Part shown: positions 10,390 through 20,909 of the stretch, piece by piece | Layout of the letters: each line of letters opens with the position of its first letter | How positions within the stretch are numbered: position 1 is the first letter of the stretch | NCBI GenBank assembly: GCA_050951805.1 | Contig: JBMNJT010000001.1 | Location: 1 to 64,000 of the forward strand | Length of the DNA: 64,000 nt | Reading direction: 5' to 3' | From: Bacillota bacterium | Lineage (GTDB): Bacteria; Bacillota; DTU025 | Translations under genes and position numbers: made by a program | Notes under the pieces: generated by a model | Databases searched by the model: none | Seen by the model: the letters and a program-made list of their open reading frames with translations, nothing else | What the model was told of the DNA's origin: nothing

Positions 10390-11790
10390 TCACGCTTGTA
10401 GCTTGCGGTAGATCTCATATGTCCACCTAGCCAGTGCGGTGATCTCCATCGACTCAAATCCCGGCAAGTAAGTCTCGAGCTGGTTGTTGAAGGGTTCCGT
10501 CCATCGCGGATCTATGCAATCGGGATTCATTGCCCCCATGGCGCAGCATACCTCACCCGCATTGCAGTCAACGTCTGCCCCGCAGTCCGCCAAGATACGA
10601 AGGGCCTTATCGAAGTCATTGCGACAGTACCAAAGCGAATGCACGACTGCGACCATGTTGGGATAGGCATGGATCCAATTATAAGTCTTGAGCTTCTCTT
10701 CAAACCTCTTGTACGATTCGATATGGTCTTTATTCGCCTGAACAGACTCCATGGCGTCATCTAGCACCGAAGCAAACTCTGTCCCATCAGGCACGTAATC
10801 TCGGGCGTGCTTGAGAAGCACTCTTGTGTCATCCACAACAAAGGCCAATGACGTCAATACTGCGCTGTGAATCCCTGCATATACCCCATTCTTCTCATGC
10901 GACACAACACTGTCGAGGTATGCATACCGGGCAGCGCGCAACGGATCCCCCGGCGCCACGAGACCGCATACCATCGTGCGCATCTGAGCGCCTATCCACT
11001 CGGAGTAGTAATTCCGAAACCTACCCGATTCCGGGGGGTATATTCCTCTCCTCAAGTTCTCCAACGCAAAGTACTCCGCCGACCATCCGGACGGGATAAG
11101 CTCGAGCCACTTGTTTGCTATGTCGCGGGACGAGAGGCCTGGCCCTGCCTCATCCGCTGCGGCGAGGAATGCAAGCTCATAAGTGATGTCGTCATTGTAG
11201 GTTTCAGGTTCTGCAACGTAATAGTTCAGCCTGTCGCCATAGGCTTCTCTGATCGCATCGCCAGTGTAGCCTTCCATGGCCGTTCCGTAGCTTCCGCCGA
11301 CTATCTGCCCCGTCCAGCCGCCCAGGATCCGCCTCTCAACGTCCGAATCATCCACATCTTCCGCATGGTCTTCGAGACTTTCCTTCATCGCAGGCATGCA
11401 CGCCATTATTTCCTCCCAGGTTTCGGGCTGATTGTAGCTCCAGCAAGGATGGGTAGGATCCTTGGGTGCATTTTCAAGAGCGTGCATGAGCTCTGCCGTG
11501 ATTCGCTCGAGTTTTCCGTGGTCGCCCCCGGCGCATACTTTCAAACCGCGTTCGGCAATTCTTTCAGCTTCTGATACATCGTAGCCCCTGTTATGCCACG
11601 CTTGAACCGCCGCATGCAACAGCGCTTCAGGGGCTCTCGAGCCGGGTACTTCCGATTTCCACAATAACGCAAGCATGCCTTTTCTGTATTCGAAAGCCTC
11701 GAAGCTAGCAGACCAGTCCCTTGGGTTCTCCGTGAAATCTACTGGCTTCGCTCTCCTCCTCATTTCGAGCTGATACTCCCATGCCTTCAT
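10390..11790 (-). CDS. ADP-ribosylglycohydrolase family protein with N-terminal extension
   Basis: GGWTGQIVGGSYGTAMEG, NDDITYE, WIGAQMR, GADVDCNAG; AAGGAGG RBS. Confidence 0.88.
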   Translation of the reverse strand: MKAWEYQLEMRRRAKPVDFTENPRDWSASFEAFEYRKGMLALLWKSEVPGSRAPEALLHAAVQAWHNRGYDVSEAERIAERGLKVCAGGDHGKLERITAELMHALENAPKDPTHPCWSYNQPETWEEIMACMPAMKESLEDHAEDVDDSDVERRILGGWTGQIVGGSYGTAMEGYTGDAIREAYGDRLNYYVAEPETYNDDITYELAFLAAADEAGPGLSSRDIANKWLELIPSGWSAEYFALENLRRGIYPPESGRFRNYYSEWIGAQMRTMVCGLVAPGDPLRAARYAYLDSVVSHEKNGVYAGIHSAVLTSLAFVVDDTRVLLKHARDYVPDGTEFASVLDDAMESVQANKDHIESYKRFEEKLKTYNWIHAYPNMVAVVHSLWYCRNDFDKALRILADCGADVDCNAGEVCCAMGAMNPDCIDPRWTEPFNNQLETYLPGFESMEITALARWTYEIYRKLQA

Positions 11791-12084
11791 AGCAAGCCCT
11801 CCTTATCGGACTACTCGTAGCCCAGTCCCTGCAAGGCCCAAACCTCATTTTGGGCCCCGCATCTGTATTCCTCAAATTCATCTTATACTCCTCTGCCCAC
11901 GTCGGCGCACTCGGAATATTCACAGAACTTTCACAATACCAGAAAAGGCCCCGGCTTGATGCTCCGCTCCTTATTGCATATGCCCTATGTTTGCAGTACA
12001 CCATAGCCATGGACCAAGCATGGATCCACCTGTCCTCAGGATGAATTCGCGGCCCTGCTCGAAAGCTCGTGCCGTTGGTATCAC

Positions 12085-13407
12085 TTGTCATATGGATACT
12101 GCCTTGTTGAGTATCTGCTTTTTTGGGGGAAGAATAGCTCGTGGCAAAGAAAGATAGCATCGATGGTCCAAACAAGCTCAAACGAAATCGAATTGCTTAC
12201 AACCGGAGTCCTATACGCTGCCGAAGGCGATGACGAAACAGCCTCCCTTGCGCTGACTCGCGCCCACTTCATGGTCCCCGATGAGCCTGAACTTCTCGCC
12301 CAGATACGCATCGGGTTCGCAATCCTCGACAGGTTGGACAAGGCCCTCAAAACTGCAAAGATGGCAGTGGCGGCAGACGATGAGAATGCAGCCGCCCACT
12401 ACGCACTGGGCATGAGCCTCTTCGGCATGGAAGATTATCCGGACGCTCTGAGCAACTTCGAAAGAGCTGTCAGTCTTCGACCAGACTACTACCTTGCACA
12501 TGCTTATAATGGGAAATTCCTCGCCAGGATGGAAAAGTGGCCTGAGAGCAGGCCCATTCCATTCGTAAAGACCTCCCTACAGCAAATGTGGGCCGCGCAA
12601 TCGCTCTGTTCCGACTCGGGGCCACAGACCTCGCCGCTACCAGTATAGATATGAGCCTGGATGATGCCTACGATATCGGCTGTTCGCATGTTGACCCTTG
12701 CCTTGATTAATGATCCAGAGAACCACGACTGCGCAAATGACCTTATCACAGTCACAGGCAGAAGCGATGACTTCGACGTCAACATGCAGGCAATGAACAT
12801 GCTGCACGAGGCCTTCCCGGAGCTATTGCCCCACCTGTTGCAGACATTGTGTGACACGGGTCCCGAGGCCTCGCGCAAGAGATCACTCGTCGGGATCGCG
12901 AAGGACACACCCGATGACCCCGTGTATCAGCTGAAGATCGCCCTTGAACGCACCAGTCCGCCCATATGGCGCAGGGTAATGGTACCCGGCCACTTCGTCT
13001 TCACCTAATAATCCAGGCGGTAATGGGTTGCGACGACTATCATCTGCACGCGCTCAATGTCGGTGGAGTCCAATTGGCTCCAAGCGAATACGCAGACGAC
13101 ATGTGGGATCCTTCGATCGAGAAGTTTGACGTGACAATAGCCGATGCCGCCATGGCCTCTGGAGGCAAGTCCCGGTATACTTACGATTTTGGAGACGACT
13201 GGATTCACAGAATTACTGTTGAGAAAAACGCTTCCCCGCGAAGAGGACGTTCGATACCCGATATGTACAGGCGGCAGACGCGCCTGTCCGCCCGAAGACA
13301 TCGGCGGTATCTACGGCCATTATTCCTATCTTGAAGCCTTGGCCGACCCCAACTCGGAGATGCATGGGGACGCCGTCGAGTTGTCAATAGCAGTCTTGAG
13401 TTTATGA
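12085..13407 (+). pseudogene. Fragmented TPR + pRiA4b ORF-3-like fusion gene
   Basis: TPR helices (AAAHYALGMSLF...DALSNFERAVSLRPDYYLAH) are followed by pRiA4b ORF-3 motifs (YQLKIAL..TSPPIWRR; LHLIIQAVMG.DDYHLH; YTYDFGDDWIHRITVEK; GGRRACPPEDIGG) split over three reading frames. Confidence 0.8.
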
Positions 13408-13599
13408 GAAAACAGATGAAGTGAGACTAATCGGGCCTGAATGATCCTATTCAGCGCTGCCACGGTCGCTGCACTTTACCGGATAGGCCGAGGAGCAGAG
13501 CTTTTTCCTTATTCCCATGATGCTCATGTCCTCCTCTATCTTTCCTGTATTGTCCATTATCGCCATGACTCCAACTCAATTCTCAAATCACTGTCGAGA

Positions 13600-13993
13600 G
13601 ATGCTTACGGTGTTGGCAAAACCCTGTTCGCGGATGAGCTGGGCTTCTGTTCCAATCAATCGCCAGCTGCTATGAGCGCCAAGGCGTGGCCATCACCACG
13701 AACCTTGAGTTCGGACAATGGAACACGGTGATTAACGACAATCGGCTTACCGGCGTGCTCATCGATGGGTTTGTTCATCATAGACATGTGCTTGCATTCA
13801 CAGGCGAGAGCTACCATCCACGGCATGCCCTCTCCCAATTGCATGCCGCAGATGACGTCGGGGGCGCCCACCTCCAACAAGGCACTACTTGCCAAAACGG
13901 ACCAACCCCGTAGGGCCTCGAATTTCGACCCCGGGCGTAGTGGTTAACCTATGCACTTTTGACTGCCGAACTATGAACTTTTGGATTGCCAAA
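13600..13993 (+). mobile_element. istB: IS21-family remnant: degraded istB plus terminal repeat array
   Basis: GVGKT (Walker A) is joined directly to LFADELGF (Walker B), then in another frame ITTNLEFGQWNTVINDNRLTGVLIDGFVHHRHVLAFTGESY (IstB C-terminus). Two tandem imperfect repeats at 13949-13970 and 13971-13993 resemble an IS21 end. Confidence 0.8.
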
Positions 13994-14055
13994 TTGATTT
14001 TACTCCCGGAGCACACCAGACGATGAGAAAACCTTATGCCAATGACATCCGGAGG

Positions 14056-14904
14056 CTAAGGCCTCCCAAGTCCCCCCAAACGTATCTTGCTTTCAGCCAT
14101 GGCACATACGGCATCGATGACGCGTGAATGAACCTTTCGCATATCCGGAAGGCCGGATGTCTCAGCCAAGGCTTCTCTCAGGGCTTGAACGTGAGCTACC
14201 TGAAGATCAGTTCCCACGTTCACTTTTCTCATTCCGAGCCTAATGGCTTTCTGCAAGACTGCGTCCGGGATATCCGACCCTCCATGCAACACCAGTGGAA
14301 CATCAATGAGCTCAACAAGTGAGGATATCAGATCAAACCTGATGTCTGGCGTACCTTTGTAAAGCCCGTGAGCAGTGCCAACCGACGGCGCTAGGGCATC
14401 TATGCCTGTAGCTGCCACGAACTCGCAAGCCTGGGATGGCTCGACAAGAACTTGACCATCTCCATTTCCTTGCGGGTCGTCTTCTTTGCCGCCTATGTTT
14501 CCCAGCTCCGCCTCGACAGAAACTCCCACGTCATGTGCCATCTCAACCACTCGCGCAGTCATCTCGAGGTTCTGCTCAAAGGGCAGCCTGGATCCGTCGA
14601 ACATCACTGAGGTAAACCCGCTCGATATGGCCTTTAGGATCAGTTCTATGCTTGTCGCATGGTCAAGATGGAGGCAGACCGGCACTGCGGAAGCATTGGC
14701 TGCAACCCGGGCAAGAGCAGCAGCATAATCCAGGCCGAGATGGGCCGCAGTCCCTTGGCTTACTTGAAGAATGACTGGCGTCTGATTCCTCTCTACGGCT
14801 TTCATCACGCCCTTCAAATCATCCAGACCTATAAAGTTGAAAGCAATTACCGCATACCCAACCTCTACAGTATCAAGCAACTCCGTCATGCTTCTGAGAC
14901 TCAT
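14056..14904 (-). CDS. Class II fructose/tagatose-1,6-bisphosphate aldolase
   Basis: LHLDH, SVMFDGS, VEAELG, GTAHGLY, LVLHGGS, KVNVGT. Confidence 0.93.
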   Translation of the reverse strand: MSLRSMTELLDTVEVGYAVIAFNFIGLDDLKGVMKAVERNQTPVILQVSQGTAAHLGLDYAAALARVAANASAVPVCLHLDHATSIELILKAISSGFTSVMFDGSRLPFEQNLEMTARVVEMAHDVGVSVEAELGNIGGKEDDPQGNGDGQVLVEPSQACEFVAATGIDALAPSVGTAHGLYKGTPDIRFDLISSLVELIDVPLVLHGGSDIPDAVLQKAIRLGMRKVNVGTDLQVAHVQALREALAETSGLPDMRKVHSRVIDAVCAMAESKIRLGGLGRP

Positions 14905-14996
14905 ATCGCCACCCCCTATTGTTCAGCCACCGGTAGCAAATAGACAGAATGATTGGCGCCAACGTCACGAGGTGCCCCTTGAGCTTCGCAGTCTCC

Positions 14997-15941
14997 TCAC
15001 CCCATCTGACCAATGTCTTCCACTTGCACCTCGCCGACCAACCGTCGGACTTCCTCTAGATCGCATGTGCCTGCATCCTTCGCTCCGAGCTTGGCTGATG
15101 CAGCCGCGGCTCCCAATCGTATGAACTCTTTCGCAGGCAGATTGCGTTCATGCCCAACACATATTCCGGCAACGAATGCATCGCCACAGCCAACAGTATT
15201 GACCACGGGTAGCTTCGGCACTAGCACTCTCAGAAATCCGGTAGGAATGGAGCAAATGGCGCCATGTGGCCCCAATGTGATAATTACATGATCAATCGAC
15301 CATCTGCTTCTGATCTCATCTAACGCCTCAATCAACTGGGGCTCTGAGCTCACCTCAACCCCCAAAAGGTCTTCGATTTCGTATTCATTGGGCTTGATCA
15401 GATCGGGTTTGGCCTCGATTGCGGCACAAAGAGCCGACCCACTAGTATCGAGCACTACAAACGCCCCTTGTTTCTTGGCTATCTTGATCAATCGGGCATA
15501 ATAATCTTGAGGACAGCCCCGCGGAAGGCTCCCGGAAAAGACACACACTCCGCACCTTTCAGCCAAATACTCAACCTTCTTTTCCATGGCGCAGAGGGCA
15601 CCATATTCCACCTCCGGACCAGCCTCGTTCACCTCTGTAATCGTCCCTGTGCTCGACTCGAGTATGGCTACGCAATTCCTGGATTCGGCCTCGATCTGCA
15701 CGAAATCATGGACCATTCCAACCGAAGTAATGTAATCTTCTATGAATTGTCCTGCATGCCCGCCCACAAAGCCCGAGACTATCACTTTTTGGCCCATTGA
15801 ATGAGCGACACTGGCTACATTTATCCCCTTGCCTCCTGCCCTGGCCGCTGTGAGGGTTGCCCTGTTCACAATGCCTTTTTCAAGGGATTCCACCCTCAAG
15901 GTTCTGTCGATAGCCGCGTTCAAGGTGAAAGTCGCAATCAC
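14997..15941 (-). CDS. 1-phosphofructokinase / tagatose-6-phosphate kinase (PfkB/LacC family)
   Basis: TLNAAIDRT, GGKGINVA, SGSLP, IKPNEYE, NTVGCGDAF. Confidence 0.92.
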   Translation of the reverse strand: MIATFTLNAAIDRTLRVESLEKGIVNRATLTAARAGGKGINVASVAHSMGQKVIVSGFVGGHAGQFIEDYITSVGMVHDFVQIEAESRNCVAILESSTGTITEVNEAGPEVEYGALCAMEKKVEYLAERCGVCVFSGSLPRGCPQDYYARLIKIAKKQGAFVVLDTSGSALCAAIEAKPDLIKPNEYEIEDLLGVEVSSEPQLIEALDEIRSRWSIDHVIITLGPHGAICSIPTGFLRVLVPKLPVVNTVGCGDAFVAGICVGHERNLPAKEFIRLGAAAASAKLGAKDAGTCDLEEVRRLVGEVQVEDIGQMG

Positions 15942-16097
15942 TCATACAATCCTCCTTCAAAGCGAACTCGCATGGCGATCGAGCAGTCAGACGCTCAACT
16001 AGACGGCTGCGAAAGACACATGCTCCACAGGACATCGCATAGTTCGCAGTAGCATATACTCACACAGCATTCCCATAGCGTCAGAGCTGAAGCTCCA

Positions 16098-16826
16098 TCA
16101 CGGTCGTTCCAATTCCACTTGGTACCGACAGCGGTCGCCCCTCACAAGACCCTGACAGAATTCCACTGGGATCGTATCCGAATAAGCCGTTCTCTCCAGA
16201 AACAAGGCAGGTATCCCCGCAGGAACGCCCAAGATACGCGCTTCGTACGGTCCCAGATTCACAGGCTCAAAAGACTCAACTGCGCGAGATAGCCTCAGTC
16301 CATAGTCCTTTTCGATTATCTCGTACAATGGCATGTCGCTAACTCGTTCTCTCGTCAGACCCGGTACCAATGAAGCTGGCAAGTATGAGGTCTCGTATAT
16401 CAACGGCTCATCATCTGCCGAACGAACTCTGACAATGCGTATGACATAAGTTCCCTTCTGAAGCCCCAATGCTCTTGCCACGCTTGCAAGCGTAGTCATA
16501 TATTCAAATTCCAACACTTCGGTGCTTGGAGTGAATCCCTTGTCTATCATTTCATCCGTGAAGCTGTAGAATGACAATAGATGCTGTTCCATCTTGGGGG
16601 GAGCCAAAAAAACCCCTTTCCCATGGTGCTTCACCACCAGTCCCCTTTTAGCCAATTCGTCAATGGCCTTGCGAATAGTGGCTCTTCCTACATTAAACTC
16701 CGCCTGTAATTGGCTTTCAGAGGGCAGTTTCCCGCTATCACTGTAATCACCTCTGACTATTCTCTCAGTCAACTCCCGTTGTATCTGATAGTAAAGTGGC
16801 ATAGGGCTTTCTGTGTCTATAGACAC
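16098..16826 (-). CDS. GntR (HutC/UTRA) family regulator
   Basis: PLYYQI, LPSESQL, GRATIRKAI, HGKGVF, C-terminal UTRA domain ending RGDRCRY. GTG at 16826 has an AAGGGG RBS (the ORF track starts at 16895). Confidence 0.92.
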   Translation of the reverse strand: MSIDTESPMPLYYQIQRELTERIVRGDYSDSGKLPSESQLQAEFNVGRATIRKAIDELAKRGLVVKHHGKGVFLAPPKMEQHLLSFYSFTDEMIDKGFTPSTEVLEFEYMTTLASVARALGLQKGTYVIRIVRVRSADDEPLIYETSYLPASLVPGLTRERVSDMPLYEIIEKDYGLRLSRAVESFEPVNLGPYEARILGVPAGIPALFLERTAYSDTIPVEFCQGLVRGDRCRYQVELERP

Positions 16827-16906
16827 GGCTACATTCCCCCTTTGGTCGAGCGCATGCCCGTCAAAGTGGGCACAGCGCATGTCCGCATGCAACATGCCAT
16901 ATCTAT

Positions 16907-17992
16907 CTAGTGTTCTTGCTCACCGGGTTCCTGAGTCCAGGTCTTAACAATATTGCGAAATTCGTTCGGATTCAACCCTTTCTCAACCGCCAGGTTGTAT
17001 AAGAACATGTGGAAAAATGACAGATACGCAATTGCGCCAGCTATCTCACTCATGGAAGGCATGGTAACCTGAATATCCGCTGCACGGTTGAGTTCCACAT
17101 CAGATTCGTCAGTTGCAGCAATTACTCTACCACCAGCCCGCTTTACTAACGATGCCAATGTGGCTATATTATCACGCAACGGAGAATACGAGTTACTTAT
17201 GAATACGACAGGTGTGCCTGACTCCACGATCTCAAGCGGCCCATGTCTGAACTCTACAACATCAAAGGCGTTTACATGAACTCTGGCTATTTCTCTAGCA
17301 GTATTTGCGATCTGCAATCCCAGAGGATAGAATGGGCCAGCTCCTACCAGGTACAAGTTGGAGTCATCCTTCAGCTCTTTCGCAAGTCTGATAGCGTCAT
17401 CCCGTCTTTCCAGCAGTTTGCCTATTGTATCTGGCATTTTGTCCAACTCGTTGGCAAGTACGCGGTGGGCTTCTGAAAAAATATCACTCTTGAGCTCGGC
17501 CATAGCCAATGCAAACTGGTAGGCAGCCAACATCTGAGCAAGCACCGTTTTCGTGCCAGATGCCTTTTCCTCGCCTGCATATGTTAGTATCAGCTCATCA
17601 GCAATGTGACCAATTGAACTTGTAGGATTATTCGTAAGGCCAACAAGCAGAGCTCCCCTATCCTTCGCCTTTTCTATGGCCTCCACTGTCTCAAAACTCT
17701 CCCCTGACTGGGATATGCCTATCACAACCGACGCATCGGTAATGGTGTCCAATGAGTATGTGATGAAATCCGTAGCCGACAACGCAATAGTGGGAATGTG
17801 AACGAACCCTTCAATAGGGTATCTCGCCATCATCCCAGCAAAATAGGATGACCCACATCCAACCGCGTAGATCGCATCAGGATCTGCAGCCAGTACCGCG
17901 TGTGCCGCCTGCCTCTGACTGGCATCCCCCTTTTCGATAGTTGTGCGTGCAGCCTCTGACTCCTCAAGAATTTCCTTAAGTATGTAGTCCAT
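16907..17992 (-). CDS. Double SIS-domain protein (GlmS/FrlB-like deglycase, deaminase or isomerase)
   Basis: GCGSSY, ISQSGES, LTNNPTS, EFRHGP, KGLNPNEFRNIVK; no glutaminase domain. Confidence 0.85.
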   Translation of the reverse strand: MDYILKEILEESEAARTTIEKGDASQRQAAHAVLAADPDAIYAVGCGSSYFAGMMARYPIEGFVHIPTIALSATDFITYSLDTITDASVVIGISQSGESFETVEAIEKAKDRGALLVGLTNNPTSSIGHIADELILTYAGEEKASGTKTVLAQMLAAYQFALAMAELKSDIFSEAHRVLANELDKMPDTIGKLLERRDDAIRLAKELKDDSNLYLVGAGPFYPLGLQIANTAREIARVHVNAFDVVEFRHGPLEIVESGTPVVFISNSYSPLRDNIATLASLVKRAGGRVIAATDESDVELNRAADIQVTMPSMSEIAGAIAYLSFFHMFLYNLAVEKGLNPNEFRNIVKTWTQEPGEQEH

Positions 17993-18001
17993 GTAGAACG
18001 T

Positions 18002-18988
18002 TCACTCCTCTTGTGACTTCATCTTCTTATATACTTCATCTAGTGTAGGAAATCGGTTAGCCTTGCGACTCACAACTATCCCAGCCAGTGTATTGGCAAA
18101 TTTGAGTGTTCTGTTCCATGTCCATCTCTTGGTCAAACCTGTAAGCACACCAGCATTGAATGAGTCTCCTGCGCCAGTAGCGTCAAACGCTTCAGTCTTG
18201 ATTGCAGGCATGTGAATGCGCTCTTCTCCATCGAGCACATATGCGCCATCGGCGCCCAGTTTCACAGCCACAATTCCAGCACCAGCATCACGAAGAGTCG
18301 ACGCCATGCTGCACGGATTGGATCCCTGTGTAAGCGCTCGCGCCTCGTCCTCATTGGGCAGAAAGAGGTCCACAAACTGAAGAAGCTTAGTCACTTCGTC
18401 AACCGTATGCTGTGGCCATCCCTCAGTGTCCCAGCCCGGATCGAATGCCACTCTTTTGCCCATCGCCTTCCATCGTGTAAAAGCTCGTTTCGTCGCTTCA
18501 TATCCCAAACCAGGAAGGAGAAAATATCCTGATAGCAACACCCATTCTGTCTGCTCAAAACCGACCGCAGCCGTTTCGGCTTCCATTAGGCACTTTTCAT
18601 CAAACGCAGCAAGGTGGCCGTTGTAGCTAAGAAAAGCCCTCTCCGAGTCACGCCGGACTATCACAACGCTTTGGCCTGTGTCAGCCCCATCGGCCTCCAG
18701 CAGCCCACTCACGTCGGCTCCACGCGCTGCGAGCTCATCACGGATGAAAACACCATAGGAATCCTCTCCCACGTTCCCAATGCACGTTACGCCAACACCT
18801 ACAGTAGCTAGGGCAATCGCTGTATATCCCGCTGAACCTGCAGGCCTAACCTGCAAATATGGCACTGTGGCCTCAGTTCCCCACGTCGGAAGGTTTTCAA
18901 CACGTCCCACAACCATATCTATGTTATAGTTGCCAACTGCTGCAATCCGGCGGTCGTACTCTTTCACGCCACGACTTGGCAATATCAT
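18002..18988 (-). CDS. PfkB-family carbohydrate kinase
   Basis: GSAGYTA, VGEDSYG, LPNEDEA, DATGAGDSF. Confidence 0.9.
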   Translation of the reverse strand: MILPSRGVKEYDRRIAAVGNYNIDMVVGRVENLPTWGTEATVPYLQVRPAGSAGYTAIALATVGVGVTCIGNVGEDSYGVFIRDELAARGADVSGLLEADGADTGQSVVIVRRDSERAFLSYNGHLAAFDEKCLMEAETAAVGFEQTEWVLLSGYFLLPGLGYEATKRAFTRWKAMGKRVAFDPGWDTEGWPQHTVDEVTKLLQFVDLFLPNEDEARALTQGSNPCSMASTLRDAGAGIVAVKLGADGAYVLDGEERIHMPAIKTEAFDATGAGDSFNAGVLTGLTKRWTWNRTLKFANTLAGIVVSRKANRFPTLDEVYKKMKSQEE

Positions 18989-19855
18989 CTACCCCTTGAT
19001 TCCCCCAGCCGTAAGGCCAGAAATGATGTAACGCTGGAATATAAACGCTAATACAATGGGAGGAATACTTGCAAGCACGCCTCCTGCAGCCATGGCAGAA
19101 TAGTCGATGGCGTGCCTACCCGCAAATTCAGTGATCGCAACTGGTACAGTCTTCGCTGCGTACGTGCTGGTGAATATGAGCGGATAGAAGAACTCGTCCC
19201 ACGACATCATGAACACGAATATTGCCGTAGAAACCAAGCCTGGTGCTGAGAGCGGAAGGATAACGTGGAAAAGGGCACCCAAACGCGAGGTGCCGTCGAT
19301 ACGTGCCGCTTCCTCCAGTTCCTTGGGAATCGTCTGGAAAAAACCAGCCATGATCCATATGGCAAAAGGCAACGTGAAGCTCAGGTAGACCAGGACCAAA
19401 CCGGTTCTAGTGTCGAGCAGCTGCACCTTGCTGAGCAGCACATACAAGGCTACCATAGTAGAAATGGCAGGCAGCATCTTCACCGCCACTATTCCAAGGA
19501 GCATTTGCTCTCTTCCCCGAAATTCCAGCCGCGCAAAAGCATACGCCGCCAGCGATGCGACAATGAGCGTAACCACGGTCACGAAGAATGAGACCACGGC
19601 ACTATTGGCCATTGCATACTTGAACATTGCCGCCGTCTCAGAGACTCCCAACACGTCTGGCGTAAACATGTCTCTGTACTTCTGCAATGTGGGCCGCTTC
19701 GGAATCCAACAGGGCGGAACAGCTGTAAGCTCAGATGTCTCCGTAATGCTCGAAATCACAAGCCAAGCATACGGTAGCAGTATTACTGCCAGAAGGAGCA
19801 GGCCGGCAATGAAAATCAAGATCGACCTCAATATCGTTCTCCGTTTGTGCTTCAT
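18989..19855 (-). CDS. Carbohydrate ABC permease (CUT1, MalG-like)
   Basis: ELEEAARIDG EAA motif; ends GLTAGGIKG. Confidence 0.93.
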   Translation of the reverse strand: MKHKRRTILRSILIFIAGLLLLAVILLPYAWLVISSITETSELTAVPPCWIPKRPTLQKYRDMFTPDVLGVSETAAMFKYAMANSAVVSFFVTVVTLIVASLAAYAFARLEFRGREQMLLGIVAVKMLPAISTMVALYVLLSKVQLLDTRTGLVLVYLSFTLPFAIWIMAGFFQTIPKELEEAARIDGTSRLGALFHVILPLSAPGLVSTAIFVFMMSWDEFFYPLIFTSTYAAKTVPVAITEFAGRHAIDYSAMAAGGVLASIPPIVLAFIFQRYIISGLTAGGIKG

Positions 19856-19866
19856 CGGCTATCCTC

Positions 19867-20814
19867 CTAGTAAGCTGTGTCATCCTGTTTCAGAAGTCTG
19901 ATATATACAATCGACACAAGCATAATGAGTGCTGAGATAATAAACGATTGAGCAGCTCCCTTGCCCATGTTCAGATAACGGAATGTCTCTACATATGTGT
20001 AATACGTAGCAACCTGAGTACCGTTGGCTGGTCCCCCAGCTGTCATTACGTAAATTATGTCAAACACCCGAAATGCTTCCATAGTCCTGATCACAAGAAC
20101 AATGAGAAATGCTGGACGCAAGAATGGGAGCGTAATCTTTCGAAATGCTTGAAGGCTCCCGGCTCCATCGACTCTTGCCGCTTCATACAAAGACTCTGGA
20201 ATCGTCGATAACGTGGCGAGCAGTATGAATACCACAAATGGTGTCTGATGCCACACATCGGCCAAAATAACGAGGTTCATCGCGGTGAACGGCTTAGCCA
20301 GCCAGGCTTGGTATTGGTCTATCATCCCAAGCTGCATCAGTAGCCCATTGAGGGCCCCGTAATTCGCATCGTAGATCCATTTCCACATGATTGCATTGAC
20401 CACAGTGGGAACTGCCCACGGCAATATGATCATGGTCTTCAGAAATGCACGCCCTCGAAAGTCAACGTTCAGGAAAAGAGCTATTAGTAAGCCGAGCACT
20501 AGTTCAAGGCTAACAGATACTACTGTGAAATAAGCTGCTCGTCCTACTGATGCTAGGAATTCTCTATCGGTCAATACTTCGACATAGTTTCGCAGACCAA
20601 TGAAGGGACGCGCCCACGGTATAGTCAGATTGTAGTCAAAAAAGCTGATTACTAGGTTGTTAAGGATAGGATAAAGCACAATTCCGCCTATGAGCACCAG
20701 ACTGGGTAAGATCAGCAGCAAGGCAAGCCTGCTTTCAGACAGACCCCTCTTTGCGCCAAGCCCGATGCTCCCTAACGGCCCTGTATTAGGCAAGCCGGAA
20801 GGCCCCGACATCAT
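19867..20814 (-). CDS. Carbohydrate ABC permease (CUT1, MalF-like)
   Basis: FIGLRNY, LYEAARVDGA, FRVFDII, GGP. Confidence 0.93.
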   Translation of the reverse strand: MMSGPSGLPNTGPLGSIGLGAKRGLSESRLALLLILPSLVLIGGIVLYPILNNLVISFFDYNLTIPWARPFIGLRNYVEVLTDREFLASVGRAAYFTVVSVSLELVLGLLIALFLNVDFRGRAFLKTMIILPWAVPTVVNAIMWKWIYDANYGALNGLLMQLGMIDQYQAWLAKPFTAMNLVILADVWHQTPFVVFILLATLSTIPESLYEAARVDGAGSLQAFRKITLPFLRPAFLIVLVIRTMEAFRVFDIIYVMTAGGPANGTQVATYYTYVETFRYLNMGKGAAQSFIISALIMLVSIVYIRLLKQDDTAY

Positions 20815-20836
20815 TCCTGTTCTCCCCTTGTCGCTC

Positions 20837-20866
20837 CCGACCTGGGGAGAAGTATCCCCAGGTCGG
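20837..20866 (-). terminator. Stem-loop downstream of the solute-binding protein gene
   Basis: CCGACCTGGGGA-N6-TCCCCAGGTCGG, a perfect 12 bp stem with no U-tract. Confidence 0.6.
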
Positions 20867-20909
20867 ATAATTTCTCAATCATTATCCATACGGTCATACC
20901 ATGAGACTA

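Noticed and set aside
13611-13620. TGTTGGCAAA as a left IS end
   Set aside because: It is better explained as the codons for the GVGKT Walker A motif, and no target duplication is visible.
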